A model generated the notes under the pieces. That model saw only the letters and a program-made list of their open reading frames with translations, searched no databases and was not told the origin of the DNA. Shown here piece by piece: positions 9,112 through 17,730 of a stretch of 32,000 nucleotides of DNA (position 1 is its first letter; each line of letters opens with the position of its first letter). Position numbers and translations under genes: made by a program. This DNA comes from Haloquadratum walsbyi C23 (GTDB lineage Archaea > Halobacteriota > Halobacteria > Halobacteriales > Haloferacaceae): the NCBI RefSeq assembly GCF_000237865.1, contig NC_017459.1, forward strand, positions 2,520,001 to 2,552,000, read 5' to 3'.

Positions 9112-9483
9112 TCATTCGTCGACTGGGAAAGTCTCATGCAGTAAGTCATGCGTCTCAGCAAACCCATTAAGCACCGACTCTCCCTGCATACTGAGTCGTT
9201 GAATTGACTGTTCGGCATCGCGGACAGCAATGAGTCGTCCGCGGAGGTAATCATACTCAGGGTCGCTTTTTTCAGTCGTTGCAACTGTTTCTTCAAGATC
9301 AACGAGTGCTGCATCAAGATGCCGCTGAACGGCTGAGAGGTCCTCAGCCTCAGCAAGTGCTTCAATTGGTCCCTCAAGCGCACCCTCAAGCTCTGCGTAT
9401 GCGTGCTGTCGGGCGCTTTCATCAGTGGTACCAAGAACGTTCATCAATCCAAGTTTGAGTGCTTCAATTTCGTGGCAAGTCAT
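9112..9483 (-). CDS. small helical acidic protein at the distal end of the cbi operon (possibly the DUF3209-type 'cobalamin cluster protein', from memory)
   Basis: 123-aa ORF with an ATG start, beginning 15 nt downstream of the cbiX stop on the same strand. It has no catalytic motif I recognise. Confidence 0.55.
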   Translation of the reverse strand: MTCHEIEALKLGLMNVLGTTDESARQHAYAELEGALEGPIEALAEAEDLSAVQRHLDAALVDLEETVATTEKSDPEYDYLRGRLIAVRDAEQSIQRLSMQGESVLNGFAETHDLLHETFPVDE

Positions 9484-9497
9484 TGTCTGTATAATAA

Positions 9498-10754
9498 TTA
9501 TAGTGTCTGATCAACATAGTCACTGACGATTCGATCCCGATCAAGATGTGAGGAGACAATCTCGGTTGCTCCTTCATCATCGACACTGCCATACCAGACG
9601 CCATCAGGGTAAACAGCAACCATAGGACCATCACCACACCGACCAAGACAGGAGCTCCGTGTAATGCGGACATCACAGGTATCAGAATCGCGGGCAGACT
9701 GTCGTAACTGTTCAAGAACGCTCGCAGCACCATCCGCAGCGCACGTCTGATTCATACAGACGGTAACATGCTTTGCGGGGGCATCGTGCGTATCCGGATC
9801 CGAGTCTACATCATCGCGATCGGCGTGTGTTTCTTGATGAATAAGCGCTCGTAATGTCGCCCGTGCACCACCAACATCTTCAGCATACCCCTCGAGGTCA
9901 ACTTTGTATTTACACGTATCACAGGACATCTCAACACTATCAGTGCGAGCTTCCTGCCATCGGTCTGAAAGAACATCAAGAAGTCGTGAGTCCGTCCCAA
10001 GTGGATCGCCAGCGGCGGCTGAGAGATATGGATATTCTTCATCAAATGAGTCGGCACCTTCACGAATTCGACCAGTCAGGACGCCATCACCAAGCATATA
10101 TGGCAGAACAACGATTGCATCTGGACGCGTTTTTGCAACACGATGAAGTGTCTCATCAAGTACTGGGTCTGTCACTCCAATGAATGTAGCTGCGACATCA
10201 TCAAATTCCCGTCCTTCATACAACAACCGAGCAAGTTTGTGAACGTCTCCGTTTGAATCCGGATCACTCGAGCCACGAGCACACAGAACGACTGCAACAT
10301 CGTCTGTGTGTCTATCAACCTCAAGCGTTGATTCGACTGCTGCAGCGCGGTCATCCAATAAGTCAATGAGTGCCGGATGAACGCCAAGATGCGCTCCGTT
10401 GTTAATCGTTAATTCAGGATAATCTGTACGGGCTTGCTCAAGCGCCAGTGGAACATCATTTTTGACATGGCTCGCAGCAAATAACGAGAGATGTACAACA
10501 GAAATTGCACTGACTGAAGCCGCAAGCGTGTCGATTGCTTCCTCAATCGCTGGAGTCGCAAGTTCGAGAAATGCGGCATCAGTCGGCACGTCAAGACGGG
10601 CTTCAAGATCAGCAGCGAGGGTCTCGACCTGCTCATTCGACTTTTCACGACGAGAGCCATGACCGATAAGCAGCACTGCCTCATCGTCAAATCTTGCTGC
10701 AGTTGCTGACTGCGGTGATGGAGAGATTGAGGTTTTGATGTTCTGATTACTCAT
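9498..10754 (-). CDS. cbiX: sirohydrochlorin cobaltochelatase (two-domain CbiX) fused to a C-terminal thioredoxin-like [2Fe-2S] ferredoxin domain
   Basis: The internal ATG at 10754 (MSNQNIK...) is preferred, because the 99 upstream codons of the 517-aa track ORF overlap the preceding gene. The two CbiX halves begin LLIGHGSRR and VVLCARGSSDP. The C-terminal ~90 aa have a CX4C...CX3C pattern (VCMNQTCAADG ... SSCLGRCGDGP) and are preceded by CDTC. Confidence 0.8.
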   Translation of the reverse strand: MSNQNIKTSISPSPQSATAARFDDEAVLLIGHGSRREKSNEQVETLAADLEARLDVPTDAAFLELATPAIEEAIDTLAASVSAISVVHLSLFAASHVKNDVPLALEQARTDYPELTINNGAHLGVHPALIDLLDDRAAAVESTLEVDRHTDDVAVVLCARGSSDPDSNGDVHKLARLLYEGREFDDVAATFIGVTDPVLDETLHRVAKTRPDAIVVLPYMLGDGVLTGRIREGADSFDEEYPYLSAAAGDPLGTDSRLLDVLSDRWQEARTDSVEMSCDTCKYKVDLEGYAEDVGGARATLRALIHQETHADRDDVDSDPDTHDAPAKHVTVCMNQTCAADGAASVLEQLRQSARDSDTCDVRITRSSCLGRCGDGPMVAVYPDGVWYGSVDDEGATEIVSSHLDRDRIVSDYVDQTL

Positions 10755-11565
10755 TATCAATTCGGTCAAGACAGCCGAGCAGTTTACGACGGCGACTTGG
10801 TGCGAATAGACCCGTTGAGTCTGTATCAGCGTAGAGTTGACGACCAACAGCAGGAGCAGCGTCATCGTCAAGGCTGAACCAATGACCGCTACTTGAAGCC
10901 GGAGCCGGGTCGCTTGTCGGTGTTGGTACGGATAGATTCCCGAGCAGATCATTAATCCGTTTAAGTATCCGCTTGTCATGGACAAATGAGAGTCCAACTG
11001 CTCCAGCAGATTGCTTATAACAGATTGTCCCACACCCCTCGAAGAGTCCACGAAGTAACGGCTGTGTGTACTCAGTTAGGTCCGCAAAATCATAATCTGG
11101 ATGAGATGTGGTGGTAATATCAGTCTCAGCGTTCGATGTAGCGTTCGATGTAGCGTTCGATGTAGCGTTCGATGTAGCGTTCGATGTAGCATTCGATTCT
11201 ACCTTCTCAAATGCTCCCATTGGGGTTGGCAGTCCAAGTTTCGATGCCGCATCAGCAGTAATATCACCGGTTACTGTAACCATATATTCGTTTTCGCGAC
11301 GAGTGATGGACGTATCATGGAGGTACTCCCGTTCGCGAACATGATGGGTTATTCCGTCCTGTTTCTGTTCAGTTTCATCGCTTCCATCGCGTGTTTGCTC
11401 AGGCTCAGCAATAGCAGCAAGTCGATGGGCAGCTGTTTCATCGCTTGTTCGAATCCGGATTCGGTTATCTGCAATCGCCCCATCACCAACAACACGACCC
11501 CAAAAATACGCTGTTTCCGGAGATGGATCAAGTAGATTCGCAGGAGCGGTGATTTCAAGACTCAT
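10747..11565 (-). CDS. unassigned cbi-cluster protein with two LAGLIDADG-like motifs
   Basis: 272-aa acidic ORF. The motifs are AYFWGRVVGDGAI (res 19-31) and PLLRGLFEGCGTI (res 169-181), separated by a linker containing (SNAT)5. The TAA stop at 10747-10749 overlaps the cbiX ATG at 10754 (8-nt overlap). Confidence 0.7.
   Translation of the reverse strand: MSLEITAPANLLDPSPETAYFWGRVVGDGAIADNRIRIRTSDETAAHRLAAIAEPEQTRDGSDETEQKQDGITHHVREREYLHDTSITRRENEYMVTVTGDITADAASKLGLPTPMGAFEKVESNATSNATSNATSNATSNATSNAETDITTTSHPDYDFADLTEYTQPLLRGLFEGCGTICYKQSAGAVGLSFVHDKRILKRINDLLGNLSVPTPTSDPAPASSSGHWFSLDDDAAPAVGRQLYADTDSTGLFAPSRRRKLLGCLDRIDNE
11129..11200. repeat. 12-nt perfect tandem repeat (gcgttcgatgta x5 plus one degenerate unit), in-frame within the CDS
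   Basis: Read directly. Units are 11129-11140, 11141-11152, 11153-11164, 11165-11176 and 11177-11188, all identical. Unit 11189-11200 (gcattcgattct) is diverged. It encodes SNATSNATSNATSNATSNATSNAE on the minus strand. Confidence 0.95.
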
Positions 11566-11724
11566 TGGACTCCCCTGAGTGCGTGTCGATTGTGCGTAGA
11601 AACACTGGAGATACGAGTCGCGCTCTGAGCATCGTTTGGTATGGATCCGTATGCTGTTAGTAGTATCATAGGTGGCTTAGATAGTATATTGATTGATATT
11701 TGACAGGTATACTCTAATAAATAT

Positions 11725-12792
11725 TTAATAGTCATATTTTGTCTCGTATCCACGTGGTGTGACCATGCGATCATCCCAGACGTACGTCTCTTCATTTCCA
11801 ACGATAATTGTCGTTGTCATGTCAATAAGATCAGTCTCTCCGAGTGACTCAAGTTCACCAAGTTCGATAATCTTACTTTGCTCATCATCCCGACCAGCAC
11901 CGTGAACAACTCCAACGGGAGTGTCTGGATCACGATGCTCAAGAAGAATCTCACAACAAGTTTCGAAGTTCTCACGCCGTTTTCGACTCCATGGATTGTA
12001 TATAGTGATTGTGAATCCTTCGGCAGCAACAGCATGAAGTCGTGATTCGATTGTCTCCATCGATGTAAGATGGTCTGACAACGAAACCGAAACAGTGTCA
12101 TTGACGAGAGGGGCTCCAACACGTGCTGCACATGATTGTGCTGCTGGCACGCCTGGAACAACTTCAAACTCAACCATTGAAGCTGTGCCACCCTTTGATT
12201 CAAGAATCTCAAGTGCAAGTCCCGCAAGTGCGTAGACATTCGGATCGCCTGAGCCGACAATCGCAACATCATTTCCAGCAAGTGCCCGGTCAATTGCCTC
12301 CTCAGTTCGTGACACCTCTCCACACATTGGGGTATCATAGATATCGTCTGCATCTTCAGTAATCTCATCCGGAAGGAGGTCAATATACGTGGTATAGCCA
12401 ACAATGTGCTCAGCAGATCCAAGTGCTGAACGTGCACGAGCTGTCATTCCCTCCGGCTGCCCAGGACCAAGTCCAACGGCAAGAAGTCGCCCAGGGTCCG
12501 CTTCAAAATCATCAACCGTGGCACCAACATTCTCAGATGTATCATCTTCATCTGTTGACGTTGCTCCACACGAAGAACTACTGCTGGACGATGCGGATGC
12601 AGATGCATCCGTCGACCCACCACACTGTGATGTTGAGTCAGACGCTGTTGTCGATTCAGCGCCAGCTTGTGTCTGTGATGCACCACACGTCGATTCTGTC
12701 GCTACATCAGCGGGTTCTACTTGCGGAGTTGGGTTTTGATCTGAACTCGATTCTGCCGTGTCTTTCGTGTCTGCTGTGTCGTCAGTACTCAT
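11725..12792 (-). CDS. cbiH: cobalt-factor III / precorrin-3B C17-methyltransferase (CbiH/CobJ) with ~100-aa acidic S/T-rich N-terminal extension
   Basis: CbiH signatures are VGLGPG, IVGYTTYIDL, GSGDPNVYALAG, VPGVPAAQ, VSLSDHL and the terminal TPRGY. The track start at 12807 is TTG, so the ATG at 12792 is preferred. Confidence 0.85.
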   Translation of the reverse strand: MSTDDTADTKDTAESSSDQNPTPQVEPADVATESTCGASQTQAGAESTTASDSTSQCGGSTDASASASSSSSSSCGATSTDEDDTSENVGATVDDFEADPGRLLAVGLGPGQPEGMTARARSALGSAEHIVGYTTYIDLLPDEITEDADDIYDTPMCGEVSRTEEAIDRALAGNDVAIVGSGDPNVYALAGLALEILESKGGTASMVEFEVVPGVPAAQSCAARVGAPLVNDTVSVSLSDHLTSMETIESRLHAVAAEGFTITIYNPWSRKRRENFETCCEILLEHRDPDTPVGVVHGAGRDDEQSKIIELGELESLGETDLIDMTTTIIVGNEETYVWDDRMVTPRGYETKYDY

Positions 12793-12825
12793 TGGTATTA
12801 TATGCAATTTTTATTATTGGTTGTT

Positions 12826-13686
12826 TCAGAAGTCCTCAACATCGCGTCCACCACGGGGTGTAACAAGAAATGCTCGGGTGTCATTTCGCCATACTGTCGT
12901 CTCATGATTTCCAACAAGAATCGATGTTCCCATACCACCGACTTTGTCATCATGTGTTGTCGCCTCATCGAGTTGGCATATCGTGTGTGTTTCATCATCG
13001 AGATTTCGGCCTGCTGTCTCACGACCGGCATCGTTGAATATCGCCACCGGGACGTCATCAGCACGCTCTTCACGAATTACCTCAATCGCACGCTCATAGT
13101 CACGCCAACAGTTGTATAGAACAATAATGAAGCCTGCAATCGCTGCTGCACGGAGTTTCTCTTCGATTTCAGCCCATCCACGCCACTTGTCTGAAAGTGA
13201 GACCGTACAGAAGTCATTGCTCAATGGAGCTCCCAGATTCGCGGCTCCACCGAGCGCTGCGGTAACACCGGGGATGACCTCAATAGGGACATCTGTTGCC
13301 TCCTCTGCACGTGCCATCGTGAACAACAAATCCGATTTGCCGTAGACGTTTGGATCGCCACCAGAGACATGTGCAATATCCTGTCCTTCCCGTACACGCT
13401 CGAATGCCTCTATTGCAAGTTCAACCTGTGATCCCATTGAGGAGCGAAGAAGCTCCTGTTCGGTTCCGTCTGGTCGTGTGTATTTCCCATCATCAATATC
13501 TGCTGTTGTTTCTGGAAGTGTCCCATCAGCGCGGAGAAATTCCTGATAAAGGTTTGAAACAATAACACAATCAGCTGTCTCAATAACCGTTTTTGCTTGC
13601 TGTGTCATTGCTTCTGGGAGTCCAGGTCCGATGCCGACAACATACAATGTTCCAGCGTCGGATGTCGTCTCAGCGGTTGTGCTCAT
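12826..13686 (-). CDS. cbiH: second CbiH-like precorrin/cobalt-factor C17-methyltransferase paralog
   Basis: 286-aa ORF with VGIGPG, SGGDPNVYG, IPGVTAALGGAA, VSLSDKW and TPRGG. Its ATG (13686) overlaps the cbiG stop in an ATGA arrangement. Confidence 0.8.
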   Translation of the reverse strand: MSTTAETTSDAGTLYVVGIGPGLPEAMTQQAKTVIETADCVIVSNLYQEFLRADGTLPETTADIDDGKYTRPDGTEQELLRSSMGSQVELAIEAFERVREGQDIAHVSGGDPNVYGKSDLLFTMARAEEATDVPIEVIPGVTAALGGAANLGAPLSNDFCTVSLSDKWRGWAEIEEKLRAAAIAGFIIVLYNCWRDYERAIEVIREERADDVPVAIFNDAGRETAGRNLDDETHTICQLDEATTHDDKVGGMGTSILVGNHETTVWRNDTRAFLVTPRGGRDVEDF

Positions 13687-14651
13687 TGTGCATCCTCCGA
13701 TATGATTGCCAGAGCTACCGTAACTGCAGTATCACCGTTCATTGTTTGTGTTTCTGATGTGGCTGTGGTCGTCGTCATAGTTGTGGTTGTGATTGATTCT
13801 ATTGATGTATCCAACTGTGTGACTGCTACTTCCGCGTCCGTAACTGCGTCCGCGTCAACCGCGGGAGGATCCGCGTCGACGCAAGCAACTGCGAGACCCA
13901 TCTCTTTCGCTGCGGTGGTGAGCGCATCAGTCGGATCAAGTGTTGCAATAACTGCAACATCATCAATTGTTACCGTATCGTGGTCTGCAAGAATCGTTGT
14001 CCACGCGGTATCAATTATCTCAGGTGTCGCTGTATCCGCGGCTGCTACGCCAAGGATAGCGGTCGTTGTATTTGTCGTTGTGACCGCTGTTTCATCATCA
14101 ACCAATACCACTGCTGGTCCCTCCGGAGCGATGATTGATGATGCATCTGTCCGAATATCTAATTGAGTAGCGGTCATTTCCGTCTCGCTATCGACATGCG
14201 ATTTAAGCGCTGTTGACTGTGCGTCATTGCGATTGGTAACTGACCCACTTGTCACTGCTGGGACCGCCCCCATTTGCTCAAGTGCTGTGGCAACCTGATT
14301 TGCACCATCCTCACCGCCAAGTATGGGAATTGCCCATGTGAGCTCTTCATCGGTGACAACAGTCGGCTGTGAAGGGGCAGACGCATCTGCGAGTAAATTG
14401 GCACTTTTTCGCATCACAATACCACTGGCCATCAACCCGAGAAGGCAGTCATATTCACCCCAGTGGCGCTCAAACACATCCCCATCATACTCGATGAGAT
14501 CAACGGTTGAGAACTCCTCAGTGAGCGTTGCTCTGATAGTGGTTGCTGTGTCCCACTTTCGCTCAAAACTGACAATCCCGATACTGTTGATAGAGCGTCC
14601 ACCGTCCGAGGCAGCCGTTGCAGTCGATACAGAACTCGTGTTTGTGTTCAT
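13683..14651 (-). CDS. cbiG: cobalt-precorrin-5A hydrolase (CbiG)
   Basis: 322-aa ORF. The N-terminal CbiG pattern is MASGIVMRKSANLLAD...PTVVTDEELTWAIPILGGEDGANQVA...GAVPAVTSGS. The C-terminal domain has T/A/D-rich low-complexity insertions. Confidence 0.8.
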   Translation of the reverse strand: MNTNTSSVSTATAASDGGRSINSIGIVSFERKWDTATTIRATLTEEFSTVDLIEYDGDVFERHWGEYDCLLGLMASGIVMRKSANLLADASAPSQPTVVTDEELTWAIPILGGEDGANQVATALEQMGAVPAVTSGSVTNRNDAQSTALKSHVDSETEMTATQLDIRTDASSIIAPEGPAVVLVDDETAVTTTNTTTAILGVAAADTATPEIIDTAWTTILADHDTVTIDDVAVIATLDPTDALTTAAKEMGLAVACVDADPPAVDADAVTDAEVAVTQLDTSIESITTTTMTTTTATSETQTMNGDTAVTVALAIISEDAQ

Positions 14652-14795
14652 CAGTAGCTATACCGCCGTGTCTTTACTACCCGTGTCAATGGTGTGCATG
14701 CATCCTCACGCTACAGTGAGTCATGCGTGGAGGAGCACAAAACAATTACGGTTGTCTTAGAACAATATGAGTTTATATCAGCTGAGATATGGTGA

Positions 14796-15644
14796 TTACC
14801 GCTGTGCAACACTGGTCTGCATCGTATGTGCGTTCGTAGCTATTCCGACCGTTTCAGCCCCCATTACGATCAATCCTGCTTCAGACGCTGTTGTATCGAT
14901 GAATGTCTCAAGTGCTGCTGTAGCAGCTTCATCCGCCGTATGACCACTCATAAGATGATTAACGGCGATTCGACTCAATGTGACACGTGCGATATCCTCA
15001 CCAGCACCCGTTGCACTTGCACCGCCGTCTGGTGAACAGTAAAATCCAGATCCGACTTGTGGAACATCACCGACGCGTCCAGCCAATGCAAACCATCGTC
15101 CACGTGTTGATGTGCCAGCAGCGTATTGATTGCCGTCATGTGCAACCGCGCCAACTGTATCGTATCCACCAAAGCGGTCGGCAACCCACTCGAGAGTATC
15201 CTGCGAACCACCGCTTGGGATATCAGCAGCGTCCCATCGGGTTCGATCGGCATCGCTCCATAGGTCGACGTCTGTCCTGACCCCATAGTCGGCGGCTAAC
15301 GCAACCGCTTGTTCACCCGCCAGGAGAACATGTGGCGTTTCTTCACAAACAACTCGAGCAGCCGAAATTGCATGTTCAACACCGGTCATCGCGCACGCAG
15401 CACCAATATCTTGACTACTTCGCATCATGCCCGCGTCGGTGCGTGGAACACCATCGGTCTGCACGGCTCCACTACTTCCAGCGTTGAACTGATCAACACT
15501 CTCAAGCTCTCGAAGCGCTGTCTCAACCGCATCAATTGGGGTATCAGAGCTAACGGCATGCGTGGCAGTCTCATCGAGAATTGATTGGCGTTGCGCTGGG
15601 GCTTCCGGACTGTCCCCAGCACCGCCATGAATGATAATACGCAT
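14796..15644 (-). CDS. isoaspartyl peptidase / L-asparaginase (plant-type, Ntn hydrolase)
   Basis: MRIIIHGGAGD start (ATG at 15644; the longer track ORF begins in AT-rich upstream sequence). The autoprocessing site context is YDTVGAVAHD, and there is a GSGFYCSPDGGASATGAGEDI block. Confidence 0.8.
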   Translation of the reverse strand: MRIIIHGGAGDSPEAPAQRQSILDETATHAVSSDTPIDAVETALRELESVDQFNAGSSGAVQTDGVPRTDAGMMRSSQDIGAACAMTGVEHAISAARVVCEETPHVLLAGEQAVALAADYGVRTDVDLWSDADRTRWDAADIPSGGSQDTLEWVADRFGGYDTVGAVAHDGNQYAAGTSTRGRWFALAGRVGDVPQVGSGFYCSPDGGASATGAGEDIARVTLSRIAVNHLMSGHTADEAATAALETFIDTTASEAGLIVMGAETVGIATNAHTMQTSVAQR

Positions 15645-15819
15645 ATGAATTCTCATTAATGAATAATAAATATAGTTTTGATACTGGTATTCTTCACATA
15701 GCAGAAACCACTGAACTCTCACCTCGCTACTGATATAATTATCCTGAATAGCAGTCTTGACCTCTTCTCACGACTGAAGTCCTGTCTCTTTGCTCGGCAG
15801 TGACAATCGACAAAACGAC

Positions 15820-17484
15820 TTACGGAGATGGCCATGTTGGGCGATCGACAGGTGGTTGGAGCCCTCTCGGAAGAAGGCTGAATCGATAGACACCGGGTGA
15901 AACCTGCACGGTGACAGTATTGTGTTCATCATGAACGATGTGCAGTGTCGTCTCAGATGGAACTGCCACAGGAACCGGTTCCGTCTCAACAGCGGGGGCA
16001 TATCCGGCTTCAATAAACGTAAGATGGTTGTCAACAGGGAGGTTCACTTGTTTTGGTATATCAATTCCAACGCGGGCATCACTCGCGCGGTCACGAGCCG
16101 TCGCTTCAATATCTTCACGCTGAGTCTCAAGCAGTGCTTCAAGTGACCGACTCGCCTCCTCACGAGCGGTTTCGATCGCAACAGAGAGTCGTTGTGTGCC
16201 CGCGAGTCCACCAGGGCGGCGAGGGTTGCGAATATATGGGACGTCATCATACTCAGTATAGACGACACCCGGTCCATGATCGAGCGCAAGTAATAATTCA
16301 ACGTATGAGAGCAGTTCAAGATCTCTATCAGCAGTTACTGGTTCAAGTATCACACCACCCGTCTCAGACACCGTTGTGGTGAGTGTTGCATTGATTGTTA
16401 TGGAATCATTCTGCCCCCATATATGCTCAGCTGGGAGTGTCGTCGATTCGAGATACTCATCAATAAGCCGGCGGTTTTCCCGGCGGCGAGTTGTTCTAGC
16501 AATTTCTTTTGGGAATCCATCGAGGTCATCAGTACGTTCAACGCGCAAATCACCTTGGAGTCGGATTCGCTCTCCGGGGACAGCATCAAGTCGGTCATGA
16601 TCAACATATGGATCAAGTTCACGATCAAATCCCATTGCATCGCGAATCGCTGTATGTGTTGTCTCCTGTGTTGGGTCAAGCGCTGTGACATCAGTCACAT
16701 GTGCGAAAAGACCAACAGGTGTATCATCGCAACCGATAATGACACCACGCGTCGGCGTGTTTGATTGGATTCCAGTCGTTATCGGAGATAAAACAGCGAT
16801 TGAGTCATCACTATATGGAACAGTAAGAGAATCCGCATGAGCAAGCGCAGACAGGTCTGTTCCGCCAGGCGTATGTAACTCAGATTCGCTTGTTTCGAAG
16901 AGGTCAGCGACAATCGAAACCATTTCTTCTCGAATCGCTTTGATCGCAACCGCAAGCGACTGTGATTCACAGATCGTGTTGTATTGTGTTTCAAATGAAT
17001 TTGCAACAGCTGCTGGAGAGATTTCTTGAAACGGAAATGGTCCAGGATGATCAGTTTGCGTACGTGCTGGCTGATGCGTACCAAATGTGCTCTCCCAAAG
17101 TGTCTCAGCGCGTTCAAGTAATGTAGCAGCAACTGATGGATTACGAAGAAGCATGCTTGGGGTGATCACACGACCATCGTACATCTCATTGCAAACTTGT
17201 CGTTCGTCTGGGCGGACAAGAGCCTCAAAATCATGACTTCGAAACTGATATGATTCAGTATGATCAGGTAATTCCTGCGTAACCGGATATCCGCGGTCTG
17301 TCGCGAAGTGATGTTTGGCAACAGGCGCGATTATCCCCCGTTTTAATGCGGTTGTGAGCCGGCGACTTGTCATCATGACCGACTCATATACACTGACTGG
17401 TGACTCATTAGCGTCGGTACCGCCGGTGGATGCTGATTGTAACCCGATAGTATCAGCTGTATCAGAGGTATGTGGCGATGTCAT
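15820..17484 (-). CDS. hypothetical protein, 554 aa, no domain recognised
   Basis: Long uninterrupted ORF with an ATG start and the acidic composition typical of the surrounding genes. I recognise no motif. Confidence 0.6.
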   Translation of the reverse strand: MTSPHTSDTADTIGLQSASTGGTDANESPVSVYESVMMTSRRLTTALKRGIIAPVAKHHFATDRGYPVTQELPDHTESYQFRSHDFEALVRPDERQVCNEMYDGRVITPSMLLRNPSVAATLLERAETLWESTFGTHQPARTQTDHPGPFPFQEISPAAVANSFETQYNTICESQSLAVAIKAIREEMVSIVADLFETSESELHTPGGTDLSALAHADSLTVPYSDDSIAVLSPITTGIQSNTPTRGVIIGCDDTPVGLFAHVTDVTALDPTQETTHTAIRDAMGFDRELDPYVDHDRLDAVPGERIRLQGDLRVERTDDLDGFPKEIARTTRRRENRRLIDEYLESTTLPAEHIWGQNDSITINATLTTTVSETGGVILEPVTADRDLELLSYVELLLALDHGPGVVYTEYDDVPYIRNPRRPGGLAGTQRLSVAIETAREEASRSLEALLETQREDIEATARDRASDARVGIDIPKQVNLPVDNHLTFIEAGYAPAVETEPVPVAVPSETTLHIVHDEHNTVTVQVSPGVYRFSLLPRGLQPPVDRPTWPSP

Positions 17485-17730
17485 TGTCGTATATTCAATA
17501 TGTGAATCATATCAATCGTGATTTGATTGTGCTGAGGGCGTCTGAATACGCAGAAAAAATAAGATTATATGCTGATGTCCGATATGAACTGCCTCGGTCA
17601 GACCCCGTGGCATCCGCCTTGTAACGCTGTGAATATGTCCTATATCGAGACAAGAATTGAGAACGTCTTGATTGGAAGAGAGACAACAATCGATACATCT
17701 AATTGATATTTCCAAAATCAATAAGAACAA

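Noticed and set aside
9498-11051. Full 517-aa track ORF for cbiX, including 99 extra N-terminal codons.
   Set aside because: The extra codons overlap the upstream LAGLIDADG-like CDS in another frame and encode hydrophobic or basic nonsense. The ATG at 10754 gives a normal CbiX N-terminus and the classic stop/start overlap.
11129-11200. Considered as a mini CRISPR-like array.
   Set aside because: The units are contiguous 12-mers with no spacers and lie in-frame inside a CDS. This is a coding microsatellite, not a CRISPR array.
13597-14166. 189-aa plus-strand ORF (also 12404..12739) antisense to cbiG and cbiH.
   Set aside because: These Val/Ser/Ala-rich shadow frames lie opposite T/D/A-rich low-complexity coding sequence and have no independent support.
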